A stretch of 64,000 bases of DNA from Vairimorpha necatrix (lineage: Eukaryota): contig CP142733.1 of NCBI GenBank assembly GCA_036630325.1, forward strand, positions 682,001 to 746,000, read 5' to 3'. The notes under the pieces are model-generated. The model searched no databases. It saw only the letters and a list, made by a program, of their open reading frames with translations, and was not told where the DNA came from. Both the position numbers and the translations under genes were made by a program. Shown piece by piece: positions 62,662 to 64,000 of this stretch. The number at the start of each line of letters is the position of its first letter. The first letter of the stretch is position 1.

Positions 62662-63686
62662 GGGGCAATAAAATTTATTCATAAATAAACAATTAATTTT
62701 GTTTAATCAATATTTTTTTGTGTGTTTTACGAATAATATAAATTAAGTAGATCGTTGAAAAAGTATGAAATTTCAATTCATATATAATTATAGATAAAGT
62801 GTTAGAAATATTTGTTTCATGAAATCAACAATATTAAAAGATTACAAACAAACATTATATTATTCTTATCAATGTTTTTGGGATCCAAACAAATCATAAA
62901 TTTAAAATATTCAAAAAAAACTCAAATAAACAGACTGAAGTTTTTGTTAATAAACAATGAAACTCTTGGAAAAATTAATAAATTTAGTTTTACAAAAGCA
63001 TTTAGATTAACGTCTAGCAGTCAATTTAGCAAACTAGAGAATGACTCATTAATAACCAGATAATAAAGTTTATTTCATTACTGTTGTATTATTTAAAAAT
63101 TTATATATTTACCTTTTTATTTTATGAATAAAGATCTTAAAAATAAAAATTTTTATCGCGAAGGTCATTAAAATTAAAATTTTTATTTTTTTACATACTT
63201 GAACAATTTTTAGAACATATATATTTACAATAAAATAAAAAAATAGTTTGCTATTTTTTTCTAACCTGAACAGAATAAAATGAAAATTACGTTGTGAACA
63301 TATATAAATTGTAAATTATTGTATTCCAATGTTTTATTGCGCAGTGCACAGTCTGACACACTTGTTTGCAAAAATATTCAAAATTGAAATACAATATGTT
63401 TTTTAAATCGACATAATTGATCTGTTTTACCTTACTAATTACTATAACTTTTTATTATGTTTTAATGAAAAATTAACCACTTAGATAAAAAAATTGTAAA
63501 TTTGTATTTTCTCATCTTTGGATAAATTAGGTAAAATTATGTTCTTTTTTTAATAAATATATTTGGTCCTTTGAGTGTTGCTATTACATAGAATTGAATT
63601 AATTATATTTATTTAGACATTTTTTTATATCATAAATTATCCAAAGAAGGCTCGTTGTCTATTGAACACTAGTTCAATATTTTATT

Positions 63687-64000
63687 TTAATATTCAGAGG
63701 GAATGTTTTCAGCAAAATCAGTAAAGTGATAGATATCTGTATCATTCAAATTTATCTTATAGATCATACGTTCCGGAGAAAATATCAGTCTATCACTCGT
63801 TTTATAATATTCGAGATTTAAATTTTTTGAAATTTTAATTAAACTAACATGATATTTCTTTCTCAAATCAATTTGAAGTGTTGTTCTTAGAGTTGTTTTA
63901 CTTTTATTTAGCACGTGTGCCAGATAAATTACTTCGACATCATTACTACTAAAGTTTTTTAAATTATTCTCAAAATTTTGTTTATCTTCAAACGTCAATT
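63687..64000 (-). CDS. Family A protein, 3' part (start lies beyond the window)
   Basis: LTFEDK, TLRTTLQIDLRKKYHV, KISKNLNLEY match paralogues. Confidence 0.75.
   Translation of the reverse strand, partial: LTFEDKQNFENNLKNFSSNDVEVIYLAHVLNKSKTTLRTTLQIDLRKKYHVSLIKISKNLNLEYYKTSDRLIFSPERMIYKINLNDTDIYHFTDFAENIPSEY

Overview
Very AT-rich, gene-poor, intron-less eukaryotic DNA, most likely from a large-genome microsporidian. The inference rests on CCC/GGG motifs just before start codons and a Ty3/Merlin/MULE/RLE-LINE transposon set; the species is not determinable. Host genes are mostly two lineage-specific paralogue families, many of them pseudogenised: about 9 copies of a signal-peptide family 'A' and 3 copies of a basic amphipathic family 'B'. 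There is also a 1106-aa repeat-containing membrane-anchored protein and two hypothetical genes. The remaining recognisable sequence is a dense, partly nested set of mobile elements, most with readable TIRs/LTRs and target-site duplications (TSDs). Most notable are two divergent pol-less Ty3-like LTR elements with no tRNA primer-binding site. Both instead carry a covarying 12-bp palindrome 1 nt after the 5' LTR, have hairpin-capped LTRs, and have a gag frame that opens inside the LTR; three related solo LTRs are present. Also notable is a tRNA-headed ~790-bp SINE-like element whose 3' tail matches the 3' end of a decayed APE-type LINE in the same window. All alignments were done by eye; no searches were run.
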